64,000 nt of DNA from Callorhinchus milii (lineage: Eukaryota). Shown here one piece after another: positions 37,663 through 51,774 of this stretch (position 1 is its first letter; each line of letters begins with the position of its first letter). Location: assembly GCF_018977255.1 (NCBI RefSeq), contig NW_024704745.1, forward strand, positions 21,204,001 to 21,268,000, read 5' to 3'. The position numbers were made by a program, and so were the translations under genes. The notes beneath the pieces are model-generated. The model saw only the letters and a program-made list of their open reading frames with translations. It was not told the DNA's origin and did no database searches.

Positions 37663-40629
37663 AGATCCAGTAATGCCTCAGTGCCTGTAACAATTCAAAA
37701 GAAAAGTCACATTACCCCCACCTCCCCCCCATAATAGTGCCAATAATAGATAAAAACAGAGTAGGTTGTAACATTGAGACGTTGGAAGCTGGAGGTGAGA
37801 GGACCACCCTTCAGACCAATCATCCTGTCTAGGAGTATTGTAATCAATTCCTCGGTTATTGGGAGATGGGTTAGATTCAATGAAGAAATTCACATTTTAA
37901 GTCTGGAAAAGCACTCATTGGGGAAAAAACATAAACAAGGCCTCATCACGAGAAAAAGCATCTCCTGTAGGGAGCTCCACAAAAAAAGCATCTCCTATGA
38001 GTGACATAGACTCACAAGAACTCTGTTCTGAGGCAATCTCATGTCAGAGCAGAATTCATTCAGGTAAACGTGGCACACATTGGGTTTCCTGCACAAGACA
38101 TACTTTATATCCCAAGCCACATCCTTTAAGTTGAATGTTTGCCCCATTGGAGCCCTTTTACAACTCGAGAGTTCATTTTCAGGTCCTTTATATTCCTCTG
38201 TTGATTCAAAATTAGACTTAGGAAGGAATGGTGAGTAATGAGAAGTTATATGCAACAAGATCAGGTTGTTCTGAAGAAAGCTGACTGACGTACCATGAAA
38301 TCTTCAGAGAACGAGTAAACAGTGTTGGACACTTTTGTCAGATTGAGCTCCCAAGTATATGTTATGCTTAACCAAAATCAATAAGGGAAGTAAGGTTTGC
38401 ATAACAGAAAAAAGATGTTGTTAGCAATCCTCAAAAGCCTCTTTAAATAAGCCAAGCCCTGCTGGTTGATGCTGGCACCCTGCTCAGAGCCTCAGCTCGC
38501 TGTGTCAGCTAGACCCCAGCCTACTCACAGGAGGCCAGCATTCCACAATATTAAAGAGCTTCCGAGTCTGTCCTCCCCTGGCCTAATTAAACAAATCGCT
38601 CTAATACTCTGCCTGCAACGACAGCCACATTTCATCCCAAAATAGGACAATCAAGGAGGTGATTTTTCTACATAATCTGGCACACACTCCAGGGCGAATT
38701 TGTCCTCCATGGTACAACTAATGCACCCAATTCATTGCAGGTGCTCGTTTCAACTAGTCTTATTGCATTAAATAATGATTATGTTTCCTTTCTTCTTCTC
38801 CACACACACACAGATTTCACCCGTTTACTGCTGAACATAGACTTGCACTGGGTTACGTTTCCACAGGCAACAGACAGACAGTGGGGCCTATCATTGTCAG
38901 ATCCCTATCAGGAAAAATCTTTTCATGAAGTCCATATAATGGGAAATCCTGTTATAAACATGTAACAAAAAGATCCTTATCTTTAGTTAACAGCCTGGAT
39001 ATACCCCAGGTATATTAGATAATAGATTGGGGAGGGAACCTTGCTGATGTTTCTCTGCCCTAAACCAGGGGAGTTGAGGCCAATTCCAGAATCCTAGTCT
39101 AATTCAGCTAATTTGGCACAGACCAGGGATTGAATTGCTGGTCCATATTGCTCAGTTTCACACTGACATTACTAACTGAATACTCAGAAGAGCTAAATAC
39201 ATTTTTTAAAACAAAACACCCATGTTCATGAAGTGCACAAATTAAGACGAAGTCCAAGTCTGCCTGTTCTGGTGGTTCAGGATGACATTAAAGATCACAC
39301 GTGACTATTTCAGGAAAAAACAGGGAGATTTTGGCCAATATTCCCGTCATCCAAACTCACCAACATAAATCAAGCAAACGATTCTTCATCTTTTTCAGAT
39401 GTTGCTGATGCAAATAAGCTTCTCATGCATTTCACACATTTGCAGCATCTAGTGCTGATAGCACACCATTGGAATTATAGTCTGTACTATCGTCTTTCTC
39501 CACATACACCACCTAATCTAATCACTCGCTCCCCATACCCGGTGATAGTCCACTAGTCAGGCTGCACAGTCATCACAAGTTTCCTGTGACAATGGCTGCT
39601 GAGAGTGAGAGGTTAAAGTTGCTTTTGTTTTCTAGTATTTTTGTACCATTATCCATAAGTCTCACTTTATGAGATCACAAGATCGGTTTGGATGAAAAAG
39701 CCCTTCAGCCCATTTGATCTCATGCCTTCAGAATATCCATCCTCCCATCAGTGTGACAACGTGGAATGCTAAATTATATTAAGATGATGCAAAGAAGCTC
39801 CCAAAATGTATCTGTGGATAAATGCACCATCTGATGGTAGAATGCAACATTTAATGTACATTAATTTATCTTTTCCCCCCCCAACTCCTTTTGTTCAGCC
39901 TGAATTTTTTGTTAGTGCAGTAGCATTGAACTTCAACAGAGGGCGATGTTAAATGTTTAATGGATCACTGTGCCCATCAAGCACAACACATACAATTTGC
40001 ACAATTATTCACTTTCAAAATGATTCATCTTACATACACAACTTCACAGATAACTTTTTGCTTTTGTGAAAGTTGTGGGTTCAAATCGCACAGTCTGGGA
40101 TAATACTCCAGCCTAGTGCTGAAGATGACATCTTACAGGTGAGATGTTAAACCAAGAGTGCTGTTCACCTGTTTGGTTAGAGAATAAAGATTCTATAACA
40201 ACAACTTGCACCCTGCACTCAGAATAGTATCTCGGAGTGCTGAATGACATTATTCTTAGAGAGAAAACTTTCTCCTGGTTCCCTAGTCAATAATTCTTCA
40301 GATAAATTGATTATTCATTTGATGGTTGTTTGTGGAACACCTTTGTGTGCAAATTGGCTGGCACATTCACCGACAAATGCACAGTAACTACACGTCACAG
40401 CCATTATCTACGAAGTGCTTTGAGACATTTCAACAAGAACAAAAACAACAACCTGCATTTATAGTCAAACCAGTTTTCAGCAACCACTCGGGCAACTGGA
40501 CCAAAGTAGCCTTTATGTAAGGGTGGCATCTAAGTAATTGTTCATTGGTTTGTTGACAGGGCCAGAATTTTGAAAAACAATTCTGCAGATGGTATTAAAT
40601 GAGGCAGGTATTCTGTTTTAAGTTAAGAT

Positions 40630-41370
40630 AACACAAGATAGGCTGAGATGAAGAAGGCCCTTTGGCCCATTTGATCTCATCCTACCTGTCTATATACCCT
40701 ATTGTTCTCTTGTCACAGTATCAAGCTGTTTTGAAATGAGCCCAGTGTAATGAACTCAACCATATTTCCTGATAACCTGTTCTAGTCATTAATTAACCTC
40801 TGGGTAAAGAAATACTTCCTGGTGCCTGTCCAGAAATTGCCCTTTGTAGCCCTTAACCTTGTCCTATTTGCTTGCTGTTATAGTGCATTTGAAAATATTG
40901 TTCTGGGTTCACATAATCAATCCCATTTAAAATCTTGTATACCTCTATAAGATATACACTTTGACCAACTACTCTGTCTAAGATGTCTCCTCTCAAGACT
41001 GAAGAGCCCCAGAGTATCTAAGCATAGCTCACAGATCATTCCTCTAACACTGGGGATCATCCTTGTTCCCCGATGCTTGTATAAGCACTCTGGGACGCAA
41101 CCCCACGTGAAGGGCACTATATAAATCTAAGTTGTCATTGCTATCCTCTGCACTGCCTCTAGAACCTGGCCAGACCCCTTATGTCACAGCAGCCAGAACT
41201 GTATGCAGAACTCTAGGTGCAGCACTTCCAACTTCATTTTGACATTTGGGGTGCTGAACTCACCCGATTTGGCAATATAACCCACCGGCCCGTTTGCCAT
41301 GTTATGTGCTGCCTCACTCTGTTCTGATATGGTGAGCGATGAGTTAACTAAAAGCCGTCAATTTCTTTCA
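40630..41370 (-). mobile_element. CR1 LINE remnant with a nested L2 tail (about 41085-41140)
   Basis: LGLFSLERRHLR motif, KYFFTQR-type DNA (gtaaagaaatacttcc) and CR1-like 3' UTR. Confidence 0.7.
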
Positions 41371-42464
41371 GCTTCTCCTTTGGCAAATTAAAGGTGGAAT
41401 GTAACAGAGCTCATGGCAGGTGCTGAGAAACTGCAACCTGGCATCTGCTGATGTCTAAATAAATACTGAATGATTCGTACAGTCATGGCTAAGCCCTTGG
41501 TATTTTATTTACTTTGGGCAACAAATTAGCAAAGTAAACAAAGAGCAGGTCTTAACTTTGAAATGTTGCACCTGCCTTCATCCTTGGAACGTGAGTCCAT
41601 TTCAAGCTTAGAGCAAGAGGACGTTAGTGTAAAGTTGGGGCATTGTGTAGGGAATGCAAGCTTTGACAGGGCACTTCTCTACTCTTAACAGAGTTTCTTC
41701 TAAATTTAGATAATTACATTAAATCTGTTCTGGTAAAATGCATTGGGATTGAGTTTCATGCCAAGTACAGCTACGTCACTGATCCAGTCCCACAGTGAGG
41801 GAGGATCGGGTGCATTATCTCTGGCTGTGCTCTGGGACTCAAATGGTACAAAATACACACAGTTATACCACTTTACACGTATCCTGCGAAGCACTTTGAG
41901 ACGTCTCTACCACGTGATTAAGGTGCTATTTCAAACAAAGGATTATTATTATTATGTTTGCAGCACAGTTTGAAGCACTTTTAGACATCCTCCCAACATG
42001 AGATGCGCTATATCAAATCCAAGAATTATTATTAGATTTCATTATAACTGCGGGTCATCAGAAAAAAAAACAAGGTTAGTCCTTACACACAAGAGATCAA
42101 CAACAACAAAATTACATTGTATAGCGCCTTTCACGTCGGGAGGACAACCAAATCAAATGAAGAGGAGGGCTTGCAGAAGAATATTGTTAACGCTTTTCAA
42201 TTTTCTCTCCTCCTCCTCTCCTTAGCCCCCCCAACCCCTGCTGTCTACACTGCCAACAGCACTGGCTACCTCCAGTACCTCACCCCCATGGCCATTTGTC
42301 ACTTTGAGAGCCCACATGCCCACTGTAATAATAGCGACTGTGAAGTAAAAAGGTCACAGCTTCAAAGAGCTGCATCTCCAGGAACGAAGACAGTTTGTCA
42401 TTTTCAAGGGTTTGTGGGTGGACGTGTGGCGATTTCCAACTCAGCGTGACTAATCAGCATGCAA

Positions 42465-42665
42465 CCAAACCCAATTCTGTCTTCATCTATGTCCACACTC
42501 AAACACGTGCTTTCCAACAAGGGTTCCTGAACAGAGAGCAGGAACCCTGACTGATTTCCCCTCGCTAGCCCAGGGGCCCTGAGAACAACTTTACCATCCC
42601 CACTGCTACCCTTACAAAGATCAGCTGCTCAACACAAACTAGAAGCGTGTAACCTAGGAGTCAGA
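42465..42665 (-). mobile_element. Ancient tRNA-derived SINE fragment (AmnSINE2-like)
   Basis: gatcagct..ctcaacaca, cccctgggctag and ggaaatcagtcagggttcctgctc resemble the recalled AmnSINE2-type consensus. Related pieces lie near 8065-8230, 19630-19740 and 39040-39190. Confidence 0.45.
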
Positions 42666-42889
42666 CTCAAATTTGACAGTGACATTACCAAAAAGGTATT
42701 TTTTAAAAAAAATACAAGTCTGAACCCCATGAAGGTCACGTACCAGTAAGTATTTACCTTTAACAACACAGTAACAAAACATTACCCACAGAAAGCTTCC
42801 AGCATCTTTAGAGCTTCTATTTCTTTCTATTTCCCTCCTCTCCATTCAAGGTACTGACTCATTTTGGGGTACAGTTCCCTGGAGAATAT

Positions 42890-43166
42890 TTTGGAGGGAT
42901 GCAGTATATTGTTGAAGGTGTCGTCCTTCAGATCAGATGTTAAACTGAGGACCAGTGTCTCTGTTTAGAATAACATTAAAGGTCCCAAGGCACTATTAAA
43001 AAAGAGAAGGGAGTTACTCCCAGTGTCCTGGCCAACAATCTGCCAGGTAAAATTGGCTGCCGATTTATCTACAAAATACAAGTCATTAACTACACTTTAC
43101 AGAAAAACTCTGTGAAACACTTTGAGCCTTTGATGTTGCTATATCAAATGAAGTGATTATTTATTA
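42890..43166 (+). mobile_element. DeuSINE-like SINE
   Basis: Core cttcagatcagatgttaaactgagg...attaaaggtcccaaggcact and tail. Confidence 0.7.
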
Positions 43167-44844
43167 TACCGTTTCTCTGCAGTGGCCTGTATCTGTTACA
43201 CTTTGCATCCAGTTTCAGCTCCTGAGATTCTATACTCTTGGTCACCTTTTTTCCTATATTGCACTATTTTTCACTGTGCTGTGAAATGTACATGAGGAAT
43301 AAATGAAAGTGCAGTGACTGTGGTCAAGTCCTTCATTTCCAAGAGCTGAAGACTTAGGAACTGCTTACCTCCCTCAGTTGCCCCTTCTCACAAAAATGAT
43401 GGCTTTTAAGCCCAAACGTGGTAACACTTAATTGATTATCATTTAATTCATCCTCTCTCTGGCCTTGGTAGTGTCCTGTAACGTGGATCTTGGCCCTTCA
43501 CCCAGGCTTCTTAATAAGAAGACAGTAAAATATGCTGCACCATGGCAACACAAGCCGCCTTTTAGCATGCAGTCAATGCAAAAAAAAAACTTTTGTTGCA
43601 CAAGCAACAAGGGGTTGCTGCCTTGCCATGGAAACGGTGCAATCCTGCAATTTTCAGTCAGTGGCTTTGGATAGCTGAGCGCAAGAGGAGAATGAGCTGA
43701 GGTGCACAGTATGACTGAAACATTAGGAAAATAGGACAGGAGAACCATTTTGTTAAAAAAGTACATTAAAAAAACAAGTTACCAATAACTGCATTTATTA
43801 GGCACAATCTCTCAATTTTTTTTATGCTGTGAATGTGAACTGCAAGGCCACCAGATGGTGCAAGTCTTGCAGTCTCTGATTGAAACAAGCTATAACATTG
43901 GTTTGTTGGGAGATTAACATCTCTTAAATTCCCCACAAAAGTGTCGGTGAACGCGGATCCATTGTGGGGCTCAATCTATATTCCTATTCTATTACATTAA
44001 TAAAATAAACCCCACTTACTCCATTGTTATGGGAGTTAGGGATTTAGGATTAAAAATATAGGAACCATAAAATGTACCTCATATGTGAGGACATGGTATG
44101 TTAGCCAAATTATAGGAGAAATTCAAGTACAGAATGACATTTTGTCCATTTGATTTCACCATTCCACAATAATTTACCCTACTGTCTTGTCCATTATACT
44201 ATTTAACGGTAGAATTCCTGCCTCTATGAGCTTTCCTGCTAACACGTGTCAGCCGATTATTATTCACTGTGCAAAGAAATAGTTCCTGCCGTGTTTCCTA
44301 AAGTTGGGAAAACCCTGAATTCGTGATGTCCTTTCCTGCTGGTTGAGCTTTGGAGACAAAAAAGCACACTACATCTTAAATATTTGATCTAATCACTCAA
44401 GTTCTCACCCACTCAAATGGAATAGACTTGCTTTTCTACCTGGTGTGAGTTTCTATGTCTAACATTTTTCAACATGCCCTCGAATAGCTCATTTGGTAAA
44501 GCTATAGGCAATGCCTAAATGAGCCACAGTCCAAGGTTCAATCATTGATATGTACCAAGCTGGTTGATTCCAAGGCTCTTTGCGACAGTTTATGGGACGA
44601 TGCTGCGTGCAAACTGGCTCCCGCATTTCACCCATAAAATACTCAGTCAATCCACTTTCCAGTAAATCCTGTGAAGCGCTTTGAGATGTCTCAACGACAG
44701 GATAAGGCATTATATCAAATGCAAGGATTATTAATATTATTATGAGTGCTGTAAATGGCCTCAGTATCAGAAAGGCAGGGAGTGAGAGTAACCTAGTTGA
44801 TCATTTAAACGTTCTCCCATTGTGCATAGAATTGTTCCTTTTTG

Positions 44845-45060
44845 TCTGCTCCCTTGGTGTATCTGAAAGCATTATTATGGGTTTCCTTTCTCTATTTTGT
44901 GAAGTACCTTAAGGTTCCCTCTGAGCCAAATCTTGTCAAGGCTTAAGAGTCCAAACCTCATAGACAATTCTTCTAATGTGAGGATCAGTCTTCTTGCTCT
45001 CCTGAAGGACCTGGATGTCATGGCGGCCACAGCTACAAAAATACTCCACGTGAAGTCTGA
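44845..45060 (-). mobile_element. CR1 LINE remnant
   Basis: LTLEELSMRFGLLSLDKIWLRGNLKVLHKI resembles the CR1 motif LGLFSLEKRRLRGDLIxVYK. Confidence 0.55.
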
Positions 45061-45852
45061 TGAGAACACTCTACAGCTCAAGCAATACCTGTGGAGAGTA
45101 TCAAACTATACTTAAATAAGGAAGTGGAGGCGAGAGTAGAGGAACTGAGAGCCGCATTGTCCATTCATCTTTTGCACGGGGGTCAAGTCAGAAGCAGCCT
45201 AGTGGGATGAAAGTCTTTTTCTGCAAGCTGAAATGTTTTACATAAAATGAGTTAGGCCAGTCTCAGCCCAGTTACTTATATCAATGCTCCCACCGATAGC
45301 ACAGCTCAAATTGGCAATATTATTTCACAAGCCACAGAGATAATTGATCAAAATATATAAAATCACTGTCCGATAAATCTTCTAAGAAATGTTGTTACAA
45401 TCCATTTGGAGCAGTCCCCTTTCATAAGACTCTTGTAAATGGAGCTGGGACCATGAGATGCCTCAATGACAGGATAAGGCACTATTTCAAATGGAAGGAT
45501 TATTATTATTAATATTATTATGAGTGCTGTAAATGGCCTCAGTATCAGAAAGGCAAGGAGTGAGAGTAAGCTAGTTGATCATTTAAACATTCTCCCAATG
45601 TGCATAGAATTGTTCCTTTTTTTCTGAAGTAGCAGTAAGCCATTTAGTTATTGGCCTGCTCCTGGCTCCTGCTGGATAAAACAAACACTGGGATCGATTA
45701 TACACTATGTGTAAACTGCATTATCTGAAGAATACAGATACATTACGCATGTGTGTAAACCATGTGTAAATGCAGAGGCCAATTACAGTTGCTTTTGATC
45801 CTTCCCAATGGTTGTTAATCATATGATCAAAGGTATCTTACAAGGGTATCAT

Positions 45853-46446
45853 ACACACATTCATAACATCCAGGCTCGACTACGCGAACTCCCTGCTTGT
45901 TGGCCTCCCCAATACCTCCCTCCACAGGCTGCAGATAATCCAGAACTCTGCAGCCCATGTCCTCTCCCACACCAGGCTCCATAAACCTATCACCCTCATC
46001 CTTGCCCAACTCCACTGGCTTCCCATCACACAGAGGAAACAGTTCAAAATCCTGGTCCTCAACTTCATAGCCGTCCATGGCCTCACTCACCCCCTATCTC
46101 TGTGACCTTCTAACTGCCTACCAACGTGCCCGCTCCTTCCGCTCAGTGGGTTCCAGCCTGCTTCACATCCCCCAACCCACCATTGGTGGGCGGGCTTTCT
46201 GCTCCCACCCTCTGGAACTCCATCCCGCAGTCCCTCCGCCTCAACCTCCTCCCTTGCCTCCTTCAAGACTCGTCTCAAGACCCTCCTCTTCGACCGTGCC
46301 TTCAGTCACCCTCCTACCCACCCAGCTATCCACCCTCCTCAATCCCGACCCGCAGATCGGGTCTGAAACACTGATTGTCCAACGCCTTGGGAGATCTTCC
46401 CGACATAAAATGCGCTATACAAATGTAATTTTGTTGTTGTTGTTGT
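45853..46446 (+). mobile_element. L2 3' fragment
   Basis: SRLDYANSLL..LHWLP..IGGRAF region and (TTG)n tail. Confidence 0.9.
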
Positions 46447-49400
46447 ACCTGTAATTCCCTCTGTACACATGGGTTTACACTGTAGGTATTATCGAGGTCT
46501 GTGTGATATCATGGTCACCTCTGGGCACTCAGTACTGCTCAGAAGGGTCAGTTGATGGAAGCACCTTATAAAAGCACCATCGACATAGGAAAATGGAGGA
46601 GAGAAATAAATTAAGACAATTCATTCCTATTCCTTATAACTTGCCAGTCAGCTAATCACAAAGCATTAATGCCAGGGCATAGTGGCTGAAAGTGTACTCC
46701 TACAAAAGATGAGCCTGATAGCGAGAGGACTCAATTCTGAAATGCTCCGGGTGGAGAGGGTTCTGTAAATAGTGAGTGAATTTCTCCGATAAACTCATCT
46801 CCATGGCTGACATTTAAGGAAACATTAAGCAATGAATGGCGTTTGATTACAAAATAATATCCAAGCAGATTAATATCCAAAATAATATTCAAGCAGCGGG
46901 TATGAGTTTGCAGATGCTCCACTAGGCAAGTTGCGAGATCAGGTTTCACTCCTAGGTTTGATGGCTGCTCTGTTCTGGGTTAGCTTCTCCCTAAATTGAA
47001 ACACGGGCATCTTTCTAAAGTCCTGGATACAAGGAGAGAAACTGGAAGAGGATAAGCCTCTTCCCAGCGGCTTTTAGAAGGCCGGTTTTACCCTAAATTA
47101 TTGGGTACATGATTAAGACCGCAGGGCTCTCTACTTTCAAACGCTTAATACTGATTCCAACCTTGAACTGACATTGTTCTTGCTCTGTGTGTAACAACAG
47201 CAGCTCAGGAATGCCAAGTATTTGTGTACAGGTATTTGTGTACACATCTTCAGCTCATCCAAACAGCTGAACTGCCTCAACCCTTCCAAGGTCATTGGAC
47301 ACTATTCATTTTTCTAGTCTCTCCAGGTTACACTCTTCCCCCCCTAAACACACACCACCACCCACAGTGTTGGCTTGAGAGATCCACAGGCAGTCACTAC
47401 CTCCCCTGAGTGGCTATAAACTCTGCTTCACATTTCCCTCTCTTTCCCAAATCCTTTCATATTCTTTCTCTTCAAACACTTCTTGTGGAATTCAGTTTCA
47501 CTGTTCTAATTTTGTCTGCAGTGCTTCAAAAAAAATCTTTAAAAAGCAACATAAAACTGTGTTTTACTAAACTGACACCAGACCATACACAGGGGTTGCT
47601 GTAGAGCTCGTCTTTCAAATAACCTGACTGGGTGTCTCCTCAGAGCGTGACCAGTAATTCGTTATTGGTTATATAAATTTGGCACAACATAATCTATTTA
47701 TAGGTTACAACGTAATAATCCCCACTAGTTGGGACTAACCCCAATGTAGATATGAAAACAATGCAGATCTCATCTCATCATGTGAAATACAATATACAGA
47801 ATTAATCAAAACATTATAACTTCTACCACCAGGAGTGGCCATCGTACATACTATACTTCCACTCCCTTCCATCTGGTCTTGTGAGAGTGACAGCCCTCTT
47901 CTTTCTCTTATCCACACAATCCCTCTTTGTCTCTGACTGTGTGTGTGTCTGTCTGTCTCTATCTTGTCCTATAGCATGCCTGTATCAGATCACTGAATAA
48001 AACTAAACCTTGGTTTTAACATAACCTATTCACAATTAAAGATTTTCTGTGCTTTACTTCCAGGATTTCACTCTCGGTGAAGATAAACAAACATGCGGTT
48101 ATCTGTCAAGTATATAGGTGTTGCACTGTGGTATAAATGTTCATATAGTGCAGACTCTATTCAGAAATCCTGCAATCAGATTGATCAGATGAATCTAAAT
48201 GTAAAGAATAATACAGTAACTTTCATGAAAAGGTAGACCAATCAGATCCAATCAGTCCACCCATCCAACTTCCCAAAAGACTCCTTCATTATGCCTATCT
48301 CTGTTAATAACCCTGATTTTTTCCACTTTCTGGAAATTGTCTAGTTTCTTTTTGAACCCATTATAGTTTTACCATCTGCACTGGTACAATAGTTTATTCC
48401 ACATGCCTATCACCCTTTTACTAAAACAAACAATATTCTGTTTGATTGTACTAAGAATAATGAACACAGGACAGTAAAATCAACATGATATCAGGTGACA
48501 GGACCCACCATAAAGAGAGGCTGCCTGTATCACTAGCTATACATTCAAACTCAATATTATAGAGAGCTTTGACTTGGTTAGTGTTTGGGTTGCTGCAAGT
48601 ATGACCTCCCAAAAGCTGGAAAAAGTCTGAAGATTAATTTTTAAGGAAAAGTTTTTTTTACTGATTAAAGTTCGTCAAAATATCCAGGCATTTTTGGTGA
48701 AATCGCGGGAAAAAATGACCTTAAAAGTCCCCAATCCTATCTGAAGCTTTAGATTGACTGGGTTATTGTTGATGTGAAACCTGAGCCAAGCACCATTTCA
48801 TCAGCCTCCAACAGGTTATAAAAGATCGAATCTATTCCACATTGAGACAGCAGCTCAGCCTGTATTCCATTAATGTTTAACAGTGCCCACAATTCGACCC
48901 CAGGGCTTTCAGAAAGAAGGTAGTCATCTGAGAAAGGAAACGTGCAAAGCCATAGCCATTAACCCTGCAAAGTTGCGAACAAACCAGCAATATCTCAGCT
49001 GCTGTATAAAGCATACACAAACAGAACATACACTGTGAATGTCTGCTGTAATGAATGTAACCAAAGATCAAAGCACTCACTGAAGCCTCTAACAAGCCAC
49101 AACCTTTTTTACATTTTATTGATATGAAGTGATTAAGAGCAAGATATTTTTGAAGTGCCTTTTGTTAAGGCAGTGTATCATTCCAGTCAAAGGAAAGGTA
49201 GAAATAGCTGACTGGAACATCCCAAACCATAACAGATCTAAAACAAAATATAGGCCTGTCAGATTCAGGAATTGTTCCTCAACTGCTCACCTTTTTTAAA
49301 TTTTAAAAATATTTTTCCTTTATTTGCCTTGCTATGTAGGTGCCACACATGAAATATGCCCATTTGATTTGGTACTAGGACGGAGTGGATGGATAAATAT

Positions 49401-50345
49401 ACAACAACAAGATTACATTTGTATAGCGCCTTTCATGTCGGGAGGATGTCCCATTTCAGACCCGAGCTGGGGTCAGGGGGGGAGAAGGGAGGGGAGGGGA
49501 AGGGGGTGGCCGATGGCATGGTCAAAGAGGAGAGTTCTGAGGCGGGACTTGAAGTAGGCTAAGGAGGGGGCGAAGCGGAGTGATTGGGGGATGGAATTCA
49601 GATGTTGGGGGCAGAGTGGCTGAAGGCTCTCCCGCCAATGGTGGGGCGGGTGGGTCGGGGGACGTGGAGCAGGCCAGAGCCGGTTGAGCGGAGGAAATGG
49701 GCGGGTTGGTAGGGAGTTAGGAGGTCGCAGAGGTAGGGTGGGCCAAGGCCATGGAGGGCTTCGTGTGTGAGGATCAGGATCTTGAACTGGATCCTCTGAA
49801 GGATAGGGAGCCAATGGAATCGGGTGAGAATGGGGCAAATGGGGTCACAGAGTTTGGTGCGGGAGAGGACACAGGCTGCAGGGCTCTGGATTACCTGCAG
49901 CCTGTGGAGGGAGGAGTTGGGAAGACCAAGCAGGGCATTTGCATAGTTGAGCCTGGAGGTGATGAAGGCATGAACAAGAGTTTCAGTGGCCTGAGGGGTG
50001 AGGTAGTGGCAGAGTCGGGTGATGTTACGGAGGTGACGGAAGACAAAGCGGGTCATGGCTTGAATGTGGGGGAGAAAAGACAGTTGAGGGTCGAACAAGA
50101 CACCTGGGTTCCTGACTGGCTTGGTGAGTTGCAGTGTGCAACCATGGAGGTTGATGTTGCCAGAGCCTGAGGTGCTGAGGCACTGGCACGAGCCAATCAG
50201 GAGGGCCTCAGTCTTGTTCACATTCAACTGTAGGAAATTTACCCTCATCCAGGACTTGATGTCCAACAGGGAGTCTATCAGGACAGCAGTGGTCCTGGAG
50301 TTGAGGGTGGAGGCAGAAAGATAGAGTTGGGTGTCATCCGCATAT
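49401..50345 (-). mobile_element. L2 LINE, 5'-truncated at YADD
   Basis: ORF 49598..50377, [32 protein letters not shown], and tail. Confidence 0.93.
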
Positions 50346-50495
50346 AAACATATAAATATATGTATAAACACAGTCACAAATTAGTTGTGACTCAAACTAG
50401 TTCAATTGTATTGTTGTACAATCTTTGTAGATCTATTTAAATCTATGAATGATGAATAGAATGATAGAACGATGAGTTTCTGGAGTTACAATTCT

Positions 50496-50860
50496 ACAAC
50501 AACAACAAAAAATTACATTTGTTTGGCGCCTTTCTCTTCGGGAGGACGTCCCAAGGCACTGGACAGACAAAGTTACGGACCCGAGCTGGGGGTCGGGAAG
50601 GTGGAGGGCAGGGGGGGAAGCAGGGAGATTGAAAGTACGGTTGAAGAGGAGGTTCTTGAGACGTATCTTAAAGGTGGCAAGAGAGGGGACGAGGCGGAAG
50701 GACTGCGGGATGGAGTTCCAGAAGGTGGGGGCAGAGTGGTGGAAGGCCCACCTGCCAATAGTGGGGCAAGCGAGGCAGGCGACGTGAAGCGGGCTGGAAC
50801 CCGCTGAGCGGAGGGAGCAAACAGGATCGTAGGGATTTAGGAGGTCGCAGAGGTAGGGGA
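50496..50860 (-). mobile_element. L2 3' fragment
   Basis: PYLCDLL..PTIGRWAF..FKIRLK and tail. Confidence 0.9.
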
Positions 50861-51774
50861 GAGCTGATCCCAGGTGGTAGAACAAGCATCTCAACAACCA
50901 GGAAGAAAATATTTAACACAACTCTGAGAAGGATATTTCTTACACCTAATTTTGAAAGTCCACTTTTAATTACAAGTGTAACGCACATACCAGCACTCAG
51001 CACATTTCTTTGTTGCATCAAATCCACAAGTATCAATAATTCAGCACTATGGAAACTAAATAGATTGCATAGGGTGGCACAGTATGTTGGTGCTTTAAGC
51101 ATATTTAATCCGCAGGAGCCCCAGGTTTTGTAATGCTTAGGCAGAACATTCCTGAGTTTTGCCACGCTGCTGGGGAGAGGTTTGTGCAATAAAAACTGGG
51201 CATTTCTTACAGAGAAGGTGAAAATGGAAACTGGGCAGTTTTGGCTTACTTCCTGGTAGTCAGGTAGCAACAGAACAAGTGCTGGAGCAGAGCCCCTTAT
51301 CCACTCTTTTGCCCAACCCAGGAATATTACTCACCTAAGGTGGAATATTGTGGGGGAAAGGCACTAAAATAAAAGAACACATTTTTAAAAATTGCGTTTT
51401 TTGGTAGATACACTGACATTTTTTTTGGTCAGACAAAAAAAATCACCATGCTTAGAGGACTCTTCAAACTGTACGACTGAGTGTTGCACATATGTATGGT
51501 TTGCGAATATGTGTAGAATGTGCCTTTTCAACCCCATTGTGCAACATTCAACTTTAATTACATTGGATTTGTAAAAACAAATCCTACCAATGTGATATTC
51601 TGCTTCAACAGGATACATTTGCCACGTGATACCATGTCCGAAGTGTCAAGCAGGCAAAAGAACGTTTTGTTAAGCATTTAACCTTGTGCTCAAACAAATA
51701 TTGTTGGATTACACCAGCACTGCACTGACCAAGGCTGAGAAAATATACCAGCAACAAAAGTGCTTTTAGTAACA

